A stretch of 64,000 bases of DNA from a candidate division WWE3 bacterium (GTDB lineage Bacteria; Patescibacteriota; WWE3; UBA101185; UBA10185), in assembly GCA_014729135.1 (NCBI GenBank), contig WJKK01000001.1:455599-519598 (forward strand), in the 5' to 3' direction. How positions within the stretch are numbered: the first letter of the stretch is position 1; every line of letters begins with the position of its first letter. Both the position numbers and the translations under genes were made by a program. Under the pieces are notes generated by a model. The model worked only from the letters and a program-made list of their open reading frames with translations. It had not been told where the DNA came from and did not search any database. Positions 19,190-28,244 of this stretch are shown in pieces.

Positions 19190-20149
19190 ATGGATTCGAT
19201 AAGTGTTGTAATACCTGTTTATAATTCTGCTAGCACCCTAAAACGTACTTTGGGTTGTTTGCTTGATGCATCCCGTTTTATAGACGAGGTTTACATAGTA
19301 GATGATGCTTCTAATGATGATTCAGTAGAAATTGTTAAACAGTTTATCGAGAACCTTTCTTCCAAAATGCGAACTAAGTTTAATTTTATAACCCACGGTA
19401 AAAACCTTGGTTTGGCAGGGACCTACAATGATGGTTTAAGGAGATGTAAGGGGGATATCATTATTACCATTCATTCTGATATTATTTTTGGCTCTGAGGA
19501 AATACCCAAGCTTTTGAAACCTTTTAGCAGTGCTGATGTTGTTGCTTCCTGTCATTGTGTTAAACATCCTCTTAAAACTTGGAAAACTTACACCTTCTGG
19601 CAGAAATGCTTATTTTCACGCCTTTTGGGAAGAACTTCCTGTGGTTTAGATGGGAAATTTGATGCCTACCGTAGAAAGGCCCTGGAGCAGGTTGGTTATT
19701 TTGACGACAACCATTTTTATAGAGCAGGGGAGGATGGTGATTTACGTGAGAAGCTCTCTAGAATTGGAAAAATCGAAAAATCAGGAGCTGTCATAGTTCA
19801 TATTCATAATCAGAGCTCTAATTTTTCCTTGGAGGATTATATTTACAAACATGCTCAGTATGCAGAGGCCTTTGGTGTTTTATTAAGAAGACATGGAATA
19901 ACTAATTTCCCACGTTTTATTAGGACTCATTTTAGAGAGTTGATTTTTATTGCCTTATTAGTACCTTTTATAAGAATATTTGGAGCGTTTATTGCCTTGT
20001 CCTTTGCTTTTTTCTATACCAAAGCTGTTTTTATCTCCGAATTTCCGGATAGACGTTTGTTTTATCTTCCTTTAGTAAATTTGTTTCTTTTACCCATTTC
20101 CTTTATTTTTAGTCTAAAGGGATTTATACATGGTCAACAAACAGTTTGA
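19190..20149 (+). CDS. GT2 glycosyltransferase (module copy 2, gene C)
   Basis: ISVVIPVYN, DDASND and AGEDGD; paralog of 9850-10809. Confidence 0.9.
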   Translation: MDSISVVIPVYNSASTLKRTLGCLLDASRFIDEVYIVDDASNDDSVEIVKQFIENLSSKMRTKFNFITHGKNLGLAGTYNDGLRRCKGDIIITIHSDIIFGSEEIPKLLKPFSSADVVASCHCVKHPLKTWKTYTFWQKCLFSRLLGRTSCGLDGKFDAYRRKALEQVGYFDDNHFYRAGEDGDLREKLSRIGKIEKSGAVIVHIHNQSSNFSLEDYIYKHAQYAEAFGVLLRRHGITNFPRFIRTHFRELIFIALLVPFIRIFGAFIALSFAFFYTKAVFISEFPDRRLFYLPLVNLFLLPISFIFSLKGFIHGQQTV

Positions 20150-20774
20150 AGCAGAAAAGTACGATGGGGTTTTTAATCCTATCGTGTTCTCAGAGGTTTC
20201 CCCGGATTCAAAAATCCTGGATGTTGGGTGTTGGAAAGGTGGCTTGGGTAAGGCTCTTATAAAGAAGAAGTCTTGTGTGGTAGATGGTGTGGATCTTAAC
20301 CCTGAGGCTTTAGAGGTAGCTTCTCAACGGGGTTATAGAGAGGTTTATGATTTTGATTTGAATCAGGGGAATCTGGACAAGCTTCCTTTAGAAGAGACTT
20401 ATGATTATATAGTCTTTGCAGATGTTTTGGAGCATTTGATAAATCCGGCTGAGGTTTTAGAAGCTTTTGCTCCCTTTCTTTCTAAGGAGGGTAGAATAAT
20501 AATTTCGATTCCAAATATTGCTTTTATTAAACAAAGATGGGACTTGCTTTGGGGTAAATTTGAGTATAACCCTTCCGGTGGGATAATGGATGAGAAACAC
20601 CTCCGATTTTATACTTATTCCAGCTTTAAGGATTTGGTAAATAATGCCGGTTTTAGAGTGAAAAAAAGCTATGGTTATTCCTTGGTTAAACCACGATTCA
20701 AATTCCTGAAACCCTTGAGTAAATTGTTTCCCTCACTTTTTGCCCTACAGTTCATTTTTGTTTTAGAGAGTTAG
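20130..20774 (+). CDS. class I SAM methyltransferase
   Basis: ILDVGCWKG, FADVLEHL, SIPNIA and GIMDEKHLRFYT. Confidence 0.9.
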   Translation: MVNKQFEAEKYDGVFNPIVFSEVSPDSKILDVGCWKGGLGKALIKKKSCVVDGVDLNPEALEVASQRGYREVYDFDLNQGNLDKLPLEETYDYIVFADVLEHLINPAEVLEAFAPFLSKEGRIIISIPNIAFIKQRWDLLWGKFEYNPSGGIMDEKHLRFYTYSSFKDLVNNAGFRVKKSYGYSLVKPRFKFLKPLSKLFPSLFALQFIFVLES

Positions 20775-20852
20775 CATCTTTATTAGGGTATATTTACCTG
20801 TTATACTCTGCTTGTTTTTAAGATATTGAAAATCTAAGGAGATGGAAGGAGG

Positions 20853-21662
20853 GTGAGTGAGATGGATAAGCGAGAAATTGGAGTTACGAGTATGGCGTTT
20901 TTCCCCTGGGTTTTACTACCGGGGGGACTGTTACTGGTAAATAGGTGGTCGCGAAAAGCCGGCTATGATTTTTTGCAGCCGGTTCCCTCTCGCGGGATTT
21001 TTCCATTTGTATTGCGAAGGATCCCCGCGGATCGAATTCCCCACACCCAGGGTTCGTGGCACCCGCGTCCGGGCCGTCCTCTTATGGCAGTTGCGCGGCA
21101 GTTTGGGTTGGTGGGGGACGAGTGGCCCTTGCCCGAAGATTGGATAGTCTTTGCCTCCGCGCGGCTGGTTGAGTGTCGCCTAAAACTTTTTCAGAGGAAC
21201 TTTCCGGATGTTCGTCGTGTAGGCCACAGCTGGGGAGACCCCCTTTTGGAGGTGAATCCCGACCTATTGACTTCCGCAGGGGAGCAGCCTGCTCTCGGTG
21301 ATCTTCTGGACTATCCGGGAGATCTAGTGATTGATCTCTGGCATGTTCGAAGAGAAGGTTGGCAGGGACAAGCTCCCTTGACCTCCGAACCCGTGGAGTT
21401 TTTTCAACAACTCCTATTTTCGGGTAAAGTAGTCCTTGTCCATTTTCAACCAGCGCGAGATGGTGCAGAGCTGGGAAGGTTTCTCCGGGGGGAACCAACG
21501 GTTTTGGATGAATTACTAGCTCTCCTACGTTTGTACCCGCGGATTCCTCTAGTGGTGGAGCTGGCTCCGCCCTCCACTGCGCCTGCCTCCTGGATGTTCC
21601 CCAGGTCGGCAATTCAGGGCCTGATTCAGGTCCGTCAGCGCATAGAAGAGGTCCTAACCTAG
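20853..21662 (+). CDS. hypothetical protein, GC-richer than flanks, possibly a degenerate xylose-isomerase-like TIM barrel
   Basis: SD AAGGAGG. Residues LLEVNP, VIDLWH, VHFQ and VVEL are spaced like a TIM-barrel metal site. Confidence 0.6.
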   Translation: MSEMDKREIGVTSMAFFPWVLLPGGLLLVNRWSRKAGYDFLQPVPSRGIFPFVLRRIPADRIPHTQGSWHPRPGRPLMAVARQFGLVGDEWPLPEDWIVFASARLVECRLKLFQRNFPDVRRVGHSWGDPLLEVNPDLLTSAGEQPALGDLLDYPGDLVIDLWHVRREGWQGQAPLTSEPVEFFQQLLFSGKVVLVHFQPARDGAELGRFLRGEPTVLDELLALLRLYPRIPLVVELAPPSTAPASWMFPRSAIQGLIQVRQRIEEVLT

Positions 21663-21670
21663 ATTAACCC

Positions 21671-21714
21671 GGATCTCGGGAGACAGCGTAACAGCTCCCG
21701 AGATCCTGCTTTTT
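21671..21714 (+). terminator. intrinsic terminator
   Basis: Perfect 12-bp stem GGATCTCGGGAG/CTCCCGAGATCC followed by TGCTTTTT, just after stop 21662. Confidence 0.75.
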
Positions 21715-21729
21715 GCTAAAATACCCCTA

Positions 21730-23220
21730 ATGAGAGCCATCCTAAAAAAACACCCCTTCCTTACAATCGTAATCTCAGCCACACTTGTATACTTTTTCTC
21801 CTGGTTTTTTGCATGGAAAATTGGCGTTAACGACTTACCTATTCAATCCGAAGACACTTTACCCGCCATTTTTATGCCCGTTACAATCCTAAAAGAAGGC
21901 ACAATTTACCTTGACTCCTATTACGACATGCTTCTTTCGCGCTATCCTCACCCTGATGATAAGAGTTATGAAAAGGGGTTAGTTCCTTTTTATTTGCGGG
22001 AAGTGATTTCAGATTCACGGAATGACACACACTACGTCTCTGCATTTACTATAATAACGCCTCTGCTGGCTTTGCCGGTTTATTTTCTTCCGGTTCTTTT
22101 GGGAGTTTCTATAAATTGGACAAACTTGATTGTCCTTTCTCATTTAGCAGCTTCCTTCATTGTTGCTTTATCCGGTGGGTTTCTCTATTTGCTTTTAAGG
22201 AAGCACTTTTTTTCTCAAGATTCCGGCAAAACCTTTTTTAAACAAAAATCTCTATTGCTTACTGCAATTTATTTATTTGCAACCATAAATTTTGCGCACA
22301 TTTCTCAAGCTCTTTGGCAACACGGGACAGTTCAACTTTTTACGATTTTGGCTCTTTGGGCAATTTACGAAAAACGCTACCCTCTCACCGGACTCTTTTT
22401 TGGCTTAATGATCCTTTCTCGCCCCACCTCCGCCATCCCTGTCACCCTTCTTGGTTTAGCAGCCCTGACGAATTTGTTCAATACTTCTCCCTCTTCACAG
22501 GTTGAAGCCTCAGAAAGGAAAACTGAGAACACCTCTTTTAAGCGAACTTTTGCAGACCGCTATTGCGGTCGAAACGTGAGTCTAAAAGATGGTGTTCTCA
22601 GTTTAATTGCGCTTTCTTTAGGTTTCTTGCCTACCTTAATCTTCTTCCTCTGGTACAACAAAACCTACTACGGCAACATCTCCAATCAAGGCTACTCCAA
22701 CCAAATCTTCACCGAATGGAAAGGACGCTTCCCTGAAGGCTTCCTAGGCCTTTGGATCTCCCCATCAAAAGGAATCCTAATTTACTCACCAATCTTTATC
22801 TTTTCTCTTGCCGGCCTCTATTTAGCCGTCAAAAACCGGAAACAAAACTTAAACTGCATAATCCTTGGCTTAATCGTCTTAATTCACACACTTGTCCTTG
22901 GAAAATGGAAGCACTGGTATGGGGGATGGTCCTTTGGCTATCGCATGGCCTCCGATGTAATTCCCTTTTTAATCTTACTAATGGTCCCCTTTATAAAATC
23001 CTCCCATTTTCAAAAAGCAAAAAACTTATTTTTCATACTTTTTGGCCTTTCAATTTTTGTCCAATTCTTTGGAATAGTCTTTTACGATGGAACTTGGCAT
23101 TCTGCTTATGATCTGGGATATGAAAACACCTCTTGGCTTTGGTCCTTAAAAAATAGCGAACTAATCTTCAACATTCGTAGAGTACTTGTAAAAACAGGCT
23201 TACGCGCCACACCTTTTTAG
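21730..23220 (+). CDS. GT-C-like (PMT-type) membrane glycosyltransferase carrying an in-frame palindromic insertion
   Basis: Acidic EDTLP after TM1, LWQH, SRP, SPSKGILIYSP and WYGGWSFGYR; many TMs. Confidence 0.75.
   Translation: MRAILKKHPFLTIVISATLVYFFSWFFAWKIGVNDLPIQSEDTLPAIFMPVTILKEGTIYLDSYYDMLLSRYPHPDDKSYEKGLVPFYLREVISDSRNDTHYVSAFTIITPLLALPVYFLPVLLGVSINWTNLIVLSHLAASFIVALSGGFLYLLLRKHFFSQDSGKTFFKQKSLLLTAIYLFATINFAHISQALWQHGTVQLFTILALWAIYEKRYPLTGLFFGLMILSRPTSAIPVTLLGLAALTNLFNTSPSSQVEASERKTENTSFKRTFADRYCGRNVSLKDGVLSLIALSLGFLPTLIFFLWYNKTYYGNISNQGYSNQIFTEWKGRFPEGFLGLWISPSKGILIYSPIFIFSLAGLYLAVKNRKQNLNCIILGLIVLIHTLVLGKWKHWYGGWSFGYRMASDVIPFLILLMVPFIKSSHFQKAKNLFFILFGLSIFVQFFGIVFYDGTWHSAYDLGYENTSWLWSLKNSELIFNIRRVLVKTGLRATPF
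22520..22604 (+). repeat. nested-hairpin element E1 (inside CDS)
   Basis: Arms AAACTGAGAACACC-TCTTTTA / TAAAAGA-T-GGTGTTCTCAGTTT enclose CGAACTTTTGCA-GACCGC-TATT-GCGGTC-GAAACGTGAG. Confidence 0.85.
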
Positions 23221-23246
23221 TAGACTCTCTACGGTATAATTTGGGT

Positions 23247-24167
23247 ATGTCTAAAGACCAGGGTCTTCCAAAAGTTACTGTAATCATCACCACCTATAAC
23301 GATGGAGCTTTTGTTTCTAAGTGCCTTAATAACCTCAAAAAAATAAAGGAAGCAAGCTACTCCAATTTAGATGTTATTGTTAAGGATCAAAACACAACAG
23401 ATGGAACAAAAGAGCTAATTAAGCAGGATTATCCGTGGGTTACTTTAATTGAAGGTGAAAATGTTGGCTTATCTAAAGCCTATAACACTTCTTATAGGCA
23501 GGCCGATTCGGAATACTTGCTGTTTTTAGGTATGGATGCTTTTCCTGAGGAGAATGCGATAAAAACTTTGGTAGATTACTTTGAGGCACATTCTAAAGTA
23601 GGCGCAGCAACATGTAAGCTGGTTTTGGAGGATGGTTCCCTAGATATGGATGCTCATCGTGCTTTTCCAACTCCTTGGATTTCGTTAACTAAGTTTTTAG
23701 GCCTGAGTAAACTTTTTCCGCATTCTCCCTTGTTTAATGGATACTTTCTTCCCGGAAAAGACATGGAAAAGCCCCATGAAATTGACATGTTAATTTCGCA
23801 TTTTATGTTTACACGCAAGAGTGTTTTGGATGAAGTGGGCGGTTTTGATGAAGATTACTTTTTGTATGGTGAGGATGTTGACATTTGTTATCGTATTAAG
23901 GAGGCGGGTTGGAGGATTATGTATTTGCCCCAATGTCAGGCAATCCATGCTAAGGGAGGGGGTATAGGTATTCGTAAGACTACCCGAAATCGTGTTAAAA
24001 AGCCTTTAAAGCACAGGTTGAAGATGCAGCGTTTGTCTGCAGAGGCTATGGAAACGTTTTTGCGAAAGCATTATATGGAAAAGTATTCTAAGTTTTTAGT
24101 GCATCTGATGATCTTTTCTTCGCGTCTACTTGGGAAGCTGCGTGTTTTTATGGAGTCGTTTAGGTAA
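23247..24167 (+). CDS. GT2 glycosyltransferase (WbbL-like rhamnosyltransferase type)
   Basis: VTVIITTYN, RAFPTP and GGFDEDYFLYGEDVDICYR. Confidence 0.9.
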   Translation: MSKDQGLPKVTVIITTYNDGAFVSKCLNNLKKIKEASYSNLDVIVKDQNTTDGTKELIKQDYPWVTLIEGENVGLSKAYNTSYRQADSEYLLFLGMDAFPEENAIKTLVDYFEAHSKVGAATCKLVLEDGSLDMDAHRAFPTPWISLTKFLGLSKLFPHSPLFNGYFLPGKDMEKPHEIDMLISHFMFTRKSVLDEVGGFDEDYFLYGEDVDICYRIKEAGWRIMYLPQCQAIHAKGGGIGIRKTTRNRVKKPLKHRLKMQRLSAEAMETFLRKHYMEKYSKFLVHLMIFSSRLLGKLRVFMESFR

Positions 24168-24377
24168 ATTTAGTCAGCCTGCTTTTGTGTTTTTTGGTTT
24201 GGCGCTTTTCTTTAATGTTGATTCTAAAGTCTTAAACCACATTCTATCCTAACGGGAGTTTCTGTTGCCACTGCTTCTCCCTTCATTGGAGTCTCTTTTA
24301 CGTCCTTACCCCAAAAATTCCAGTTTTACTGGAAAATACCTCCTTTAAAACCCTCTAATTTTTGTTAAAATATATTT

Positions 24378-24611
24378 ATGTTTGGGAAGTTTATGAGAAA
24401 TTTAAAAAAGGATTCTAATCGAGAATACATTGATTCCTTGAACAAGGGGCTTATAAATTTTCCGGAGTTAAGGAAGCAATTTGTTCCGGAGGACCTTCCG
24501 GAAGAAGGTGATTATTCCGGGTGGATGGGTGCCCTTGATACTCCCGGTAAAACTATAACTACAGAAGATATTCTCACAACTTTAAAAAGATACAAAGGAT
24601 ACGACGTTTAA
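24378..24611 (+). CDS. small hypothetical protein
   Basis: 77 aa. TGtTAAAAT 6 nt before ATG. Confidence 0.55.
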   Translation: MFGKFMRNLKKDSNREYIDSLNKGLINFPELRKQFVPEDLPEEGDYSGWMGALDTPGKTITTEDILTTLKRYKGYDV

Positions 24612-24728
24612 TTTCTCGATATGAAATGCCCTTAACAAATCCCCTTACCAAGCAGTTAGCGCCATCCCTTATCTACCTGTATAATTATCTAAAGGTCATT
24701 TATTTTCCTTGGCTGCTTCTAACTAAAT

Positions 24729-25928
24729 ATGCCAAAAGACAAACAAAAATTTAATATTATTGCCTTTTCCAATCAGCTCTGGGATTTTCCAAACTGGACT
24801 AACAAACGGCATGTAATGTCACGCATGGCAAAACTTGGACATAACGTTTTGTTTGTAGACCCTCCTATAAATCTAGGTAGAGTTTTCTTACGCCAGGTTC
24901 TACGCGGTCATTGGAGTTTAAAGCGTCTCTTAACGCAAACAAAAAAGGACCCTTCCGGGGCAATTATTTACTCTCCCGTTAACGTAATCCCAATTAAGTC
25001 AATAACAGCCTGGATTCATGCTCAAAGGCTTAAGCTCCTTGCTAAGAAGCATCTAAAAACTGAACAAAAAACACTAGTGTGGATTTATCATGTGGAAATA
25101 GCCCACCTTCCTACTTATTTAGAGGCTTTGGACAAAGATCTTTTAATTTATGACTGTGTCGACAATTACGAGGCCTTTCCAAAGTATGATACTGAAGAAA
25201 AAAAGGAAGTGGTTCGAAAGAAGGAGCGTTATTTAGCTTCAAAAGCAGATTTGATTTTTGCTACGGCACCGGGCCTATTGGATAAACTCAAAAAGTACAA
25301 CAAGAATGTGTTTTTTGCCCCTAACGTAGGTGATTTTGAGCGTTTCTATAAAGTAAAAGAGCGCATAAAAGATCTGCCGAAAGAATTTGCGGATATTCCT
25401 CAGCCACGCGTTGGTTATATTGGTGCAATGGATGAGTACAAATTTGATGCTGATCTAATGAGAAAAGTGGCTCAAGACCATCCCCACATTTCATTTGTAC
25501 TAATTGGTCAAATTGCTCTAAAAGATCGTTCTGCTACATTGGATGACATAGGTCTTGCCGGTTTAGATAACATTCATTTCCTGGGGTATCGCCCCTATCC
25601 TATTAGTGATGGTTACCATGCCGGTTTTGATGCTTACATTATTCCTTATCAGCTTAACGAATATACTGTAGGCGGTTGTTTTCCCGTTAAGTTTCATAAT
25701 GCACTTGCTGCAGGTTTGCCTACGGTGGTAACAGATCTGCCGGCTTATCTACCTTTTAAGGATGTTTGTTATATTGCAAAGACGCCTGAAGAGTTTTCGG
25801 AAATGGTTCAAAAGGCCTTAATTCAAGATGATGCCGATAAGATTAGAGCGCGTCAAAAGGTAGCTAAGGAAAATAGTTGGGATGGTAAAGTGCGTAAAAT
25901 GTTGGATATTGTTAAGCAACATCTTTAG
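24729..25928 (+). CDS. GT4-like glycosyltransferase (TuaH-like)
   Basis: IYDCVD, GYIGA and FPVKFHNALAAGLPTV. Confidence 0.88.
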   Translation: MPKDKQKFNIIAFSNQLWDFPNWTNKRHVMSRMAKLGHNVLFVDPPINLGRVFLRQVLRGHWSLKRLLTQTKKDPSGAIIYSPVNVIPIKSITAWIHAQRLKLLAKKHLKTEQKTLVWIYHVEIAHLPTYLEALDKDLLIYDCVDNYEAFPKYDTEEKKEVVRKKERYLASKADLIFATAPGLLDKLKKYNKNVFFAPNVGDFERFYKVKERIKDLPKEFADIPQPRVGYIGAMDEYKFDADLMRKVAQDHPHISFVLIGQIALKDRSATLDDIGLAGLDNIHFLGYRPYPISDGYHAGFDAYIIPYQLNEYTVGGCFPVKFHNALAAGLPTVVTDLPAYLPFKDVCYIAKTPEEFSEMVQKALIQDDADKIRARQKVAKENSWDGKVRKMLDIVKQHL

Positions 25929-25952
25929 CGGAGGGCTTTCTCGGAGGTACTT

Positions 25953-27098
25953 ATGAACATTCTTTATACTTTAAATTCAGGTCATCCGGGAGGCATGGAG
26001 CAGCATGTTTTGGATTTGGTGGAGGGGATGGTTCAGGAGGGTCACGAGGTTTATGTTTGGTGTAGGTCCGGTGCTATTGTTGATTGGTATGGGGATGCCG
26101 GGGCTTTGGTTACAGTAGCTGATATTAAAACCGATTTGGATCCTTTTTACATTTTCAAACTGGCACGCTTTTTAAAGCAAAAAAAGATTGATGTTTTACA
26201 TGCGCATGAGCTTAAGGCAGTTGGTAATAGTTTGATTGCAGGCTTTTTGGCGGGAACCTCCGTTAGAATTTCGCATACACATACTCCGCTTTCGGAATGG
26301 CAAGTTCCAAATGTGCAAAAAAGGCTAAACATTTTATTTAATAGCTTTGTTGTTAATACCTTTTCAACTAAGGAAATTGCTCTAACTGAAAGTAGAAAAC
26401 GTGTAAAAATTGAGGAAGGTATCAAAGAAGAGAAACTGGCTACCATTCCTAATGCTCTTCGTTTTGAGGATTTTTCGCTTACTTCTGCGGAGCGCCTGGA
26501 ATATAAAGATGAGATTGTTTCGCGTTATGACATTCCCAAAGGGAGTTACATATTTGGCAATGTTAGTCGTGTTAGTAAGGAGAAGGGTCACGAAGTTTTG
26601 ATTTCAGGTTATGCTCGATTTTGTAAACTTTTGGAAGCTCGTAGAGAGGAAAATAATTCGTTTTTGTTTATTGGTGGTGGTGGCCCTTTGGAGCAGGATT
26701 TGCGAGAGAAGGTTAGTTCCATTGGGTTGGAAGATCATGTGGTTATTACAGGACGCTTTTCCAAGGAAGATCACAAAAAGTTTTATGCTGCTTTTGATAG
26801 TTTTGTTTTTCCTTCGTTGGCTGAGGGCTTTGGCATTGTTTTAATTGAGGCTATGGCTTTTTGTTTGCCGGTGATTTGTTCCGATTTGGAGGTTTTACAG
26901 GAAGTGGGGGGCTCCACTGTTCGCTACTTTGAAACCGGATCCTCTGAGGACTTGAGCGAAAAGCTTTATGACCTTTACACACGCAAAGATCAGTATTACG
27001 ATTTTGGAGAGAAAGCTTGTGCTCGTGTTGAGGAGCTTTACACTATGGAACGCTTTGTAAAAAAGTATTTGGATTTATATCGAGAACTTTTAGCATGA
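25953..27098 (+). CDS. GT4 glycosyltransferase
   Basis: GGMEQH, RVSKEKGH and PSLAEGFGIVLIEAM. Confidence 0.92.
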   Translation: MNILYTLNSGHPGGMEQHVLDLVEGMVQEGHEVYVWCRSGAIVDWYGDAGALVTVADIKTDLDPFYIFKLARFLKQKKIDVLHAHELKAVGNSLIAGFLAGTSVRISHTHTPLSEWQVPNVQKRLNILFNSFVVNTFSTKEIALTESRKRVKIEEGIKEEKLATIPNALRFEDFSLTSAERLEYKDEIVSRYDIPKGSYIFGNVSRVSKEKGHEVLISGYARFCKLLEARREENNSFLFIGGGGPLEQDLREKVSSIGLEDHVVITGRFSKEDHKKFYAAFDSFVFPSLAEGFGIVLIEAMAFCLPVICSDLEVLQEVGGSTVRYFETGSSEDLSEKLYDLYTRKDQYYDFGEKACARVEELYTMERFVKKYLDLYRELLA

Positions 27099-28237
27099 GC
27101 AAAATAAAGGTTTTAATGTTAGGCCGTATAGGCCTTTTGGAGCAGGGGGGCGGCGATAAGGTTCAAATTGAAAATACGGCAAAAGAGCTTCGCAAACTTG
27201 GAATTGAGGTCGATATTGCAACCGGTTTAAAAACAGATATTAGTTCTTACGATCTTGTTCATGTATTTCAATTGGATTGGACTCCGGAAACATACCTCTA
27301 TGCCAAAAAAGTTAAGGAGGCTAACAAGCCCCTGATCCTTTCGCCCATTCACCACTCCGTAAAAGAAGTGATTAAGTTTGATGAGACTTATGCCTTTGAC
27401 TTGCGCCGTCTGTCTAAACTTCTTTTTAGAAAGCAGCATGCACGAGACACTTTTAAGAATGTTTATCGCTCCTTTTTTGATCTACGTAAATTTGGTCCCA
27501 CAGCAAAAAGCATTCTAGTTGGTTTAAAAAAGATGCATCGAAAAACGCTAAATTTGGCAGATACCGTTTTGGTGCAAACTAATCTGGAAGCCTTTGATTT
27601 AAAAGATACTTACGGGGTTGATTTTAATTGGGTTAAAGTTCCCAATGGAGTAGGGGAGCAATTTTTGAATTTAGGTGATGTAGAAGATCCCTTTGAGGAG
27701 GAGGAAATTCAGGATTATTTATTTTGTGTGGGAAGAATAGAGCCTCGTAAAAATCAGCTAAATATTATTGAAGCAGCTAAGTTAATGCGTGCGGAATTTA
27801 ACAAGGAAATTCCGCTTGTTTTTGTGGGCACTAAAAGTACAAAACGTCACTTTGAGTATGTTTGGCGATTTAATCGTGCTTTAAAGGCCAATCCCTGGAT
27901 CAAGCACATTTCCCGTGTTCCTTATGAGGAAATTCCGGCTTACTTTCACTTTGCAAAAGTAGGTGTGTCTGCCAGCTGGTTTGAAACTACCGGATTAACC
28001 AGTCTAGAAGCCTTGTTTTGTGGTACTAATGCTGTTGCTGCAGGACCTCGTGCAAAAGAGTACTTAGGGGATAAAGCGTTTTATTGCCGTCCTGATGACG
28101 TTACTTCCATTAAAGATGCTCTAGTTAAGGCCTACAAAGCCTCTCCACCAAAGATAGATTCCGCCATGAAAAAAGAATACACCTGGAAAAACGCCGCCAA
28201 AAAAACATTAGAAGTATATGAAAATAGTTTAAAATAG
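27095..28237 (+). CDS. GT4 glycosyltransferase
   Basis: GGGD, VGRIEPRKNQ and FETTGLTSLEA. Confidence 0.92.
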   Translation: MSKIKVLMLGRIGLLEQGGGDKVQIENTAKELRKLGIEVDIATGLKTDISSYDLVHVFQLDWTPETYLYAKKVKEANKPLILSPIHHSVKEVIKFDETYAFDLRRLSKLLFRKQHARDTFKNVYRSFFDLRKFGPTAKSILVGLKKMHRKTLNLADTVLVQTNLEAFDLKDTYGVDFNWVKVPNGVGEQFLNLGDVEDPFEEEEIQDYLFCVGRIEPRKNQLNIIEAAKLMRAEFNKEIPLVFVGTKSTKRHFEYVWRFNRALKANPWIKHISRVPYEEIPAYFHFAKVGVSASWFETTGLTSLEALFCGTNAVAAGPRAKEYLGDKAFYCRPDDVTSIKDALVKAYKASPPKIDSAMKKEYTWKNAAKKTLEVYENSLK

Positions 28238-28244
28238 GTCTGAA

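Noticed and set aside
21082-21612. 176-aa antisense ORF
   Set aside because: Shadow of a GC-rich gene that has its own SD and terminator.
24168-24350. Minus-strand AAGGAGGT and tiny ORFs in the intergenic gap
   Set aside because: No start codon at SD distance; ORFs under 30 aa without recognisable motifs.
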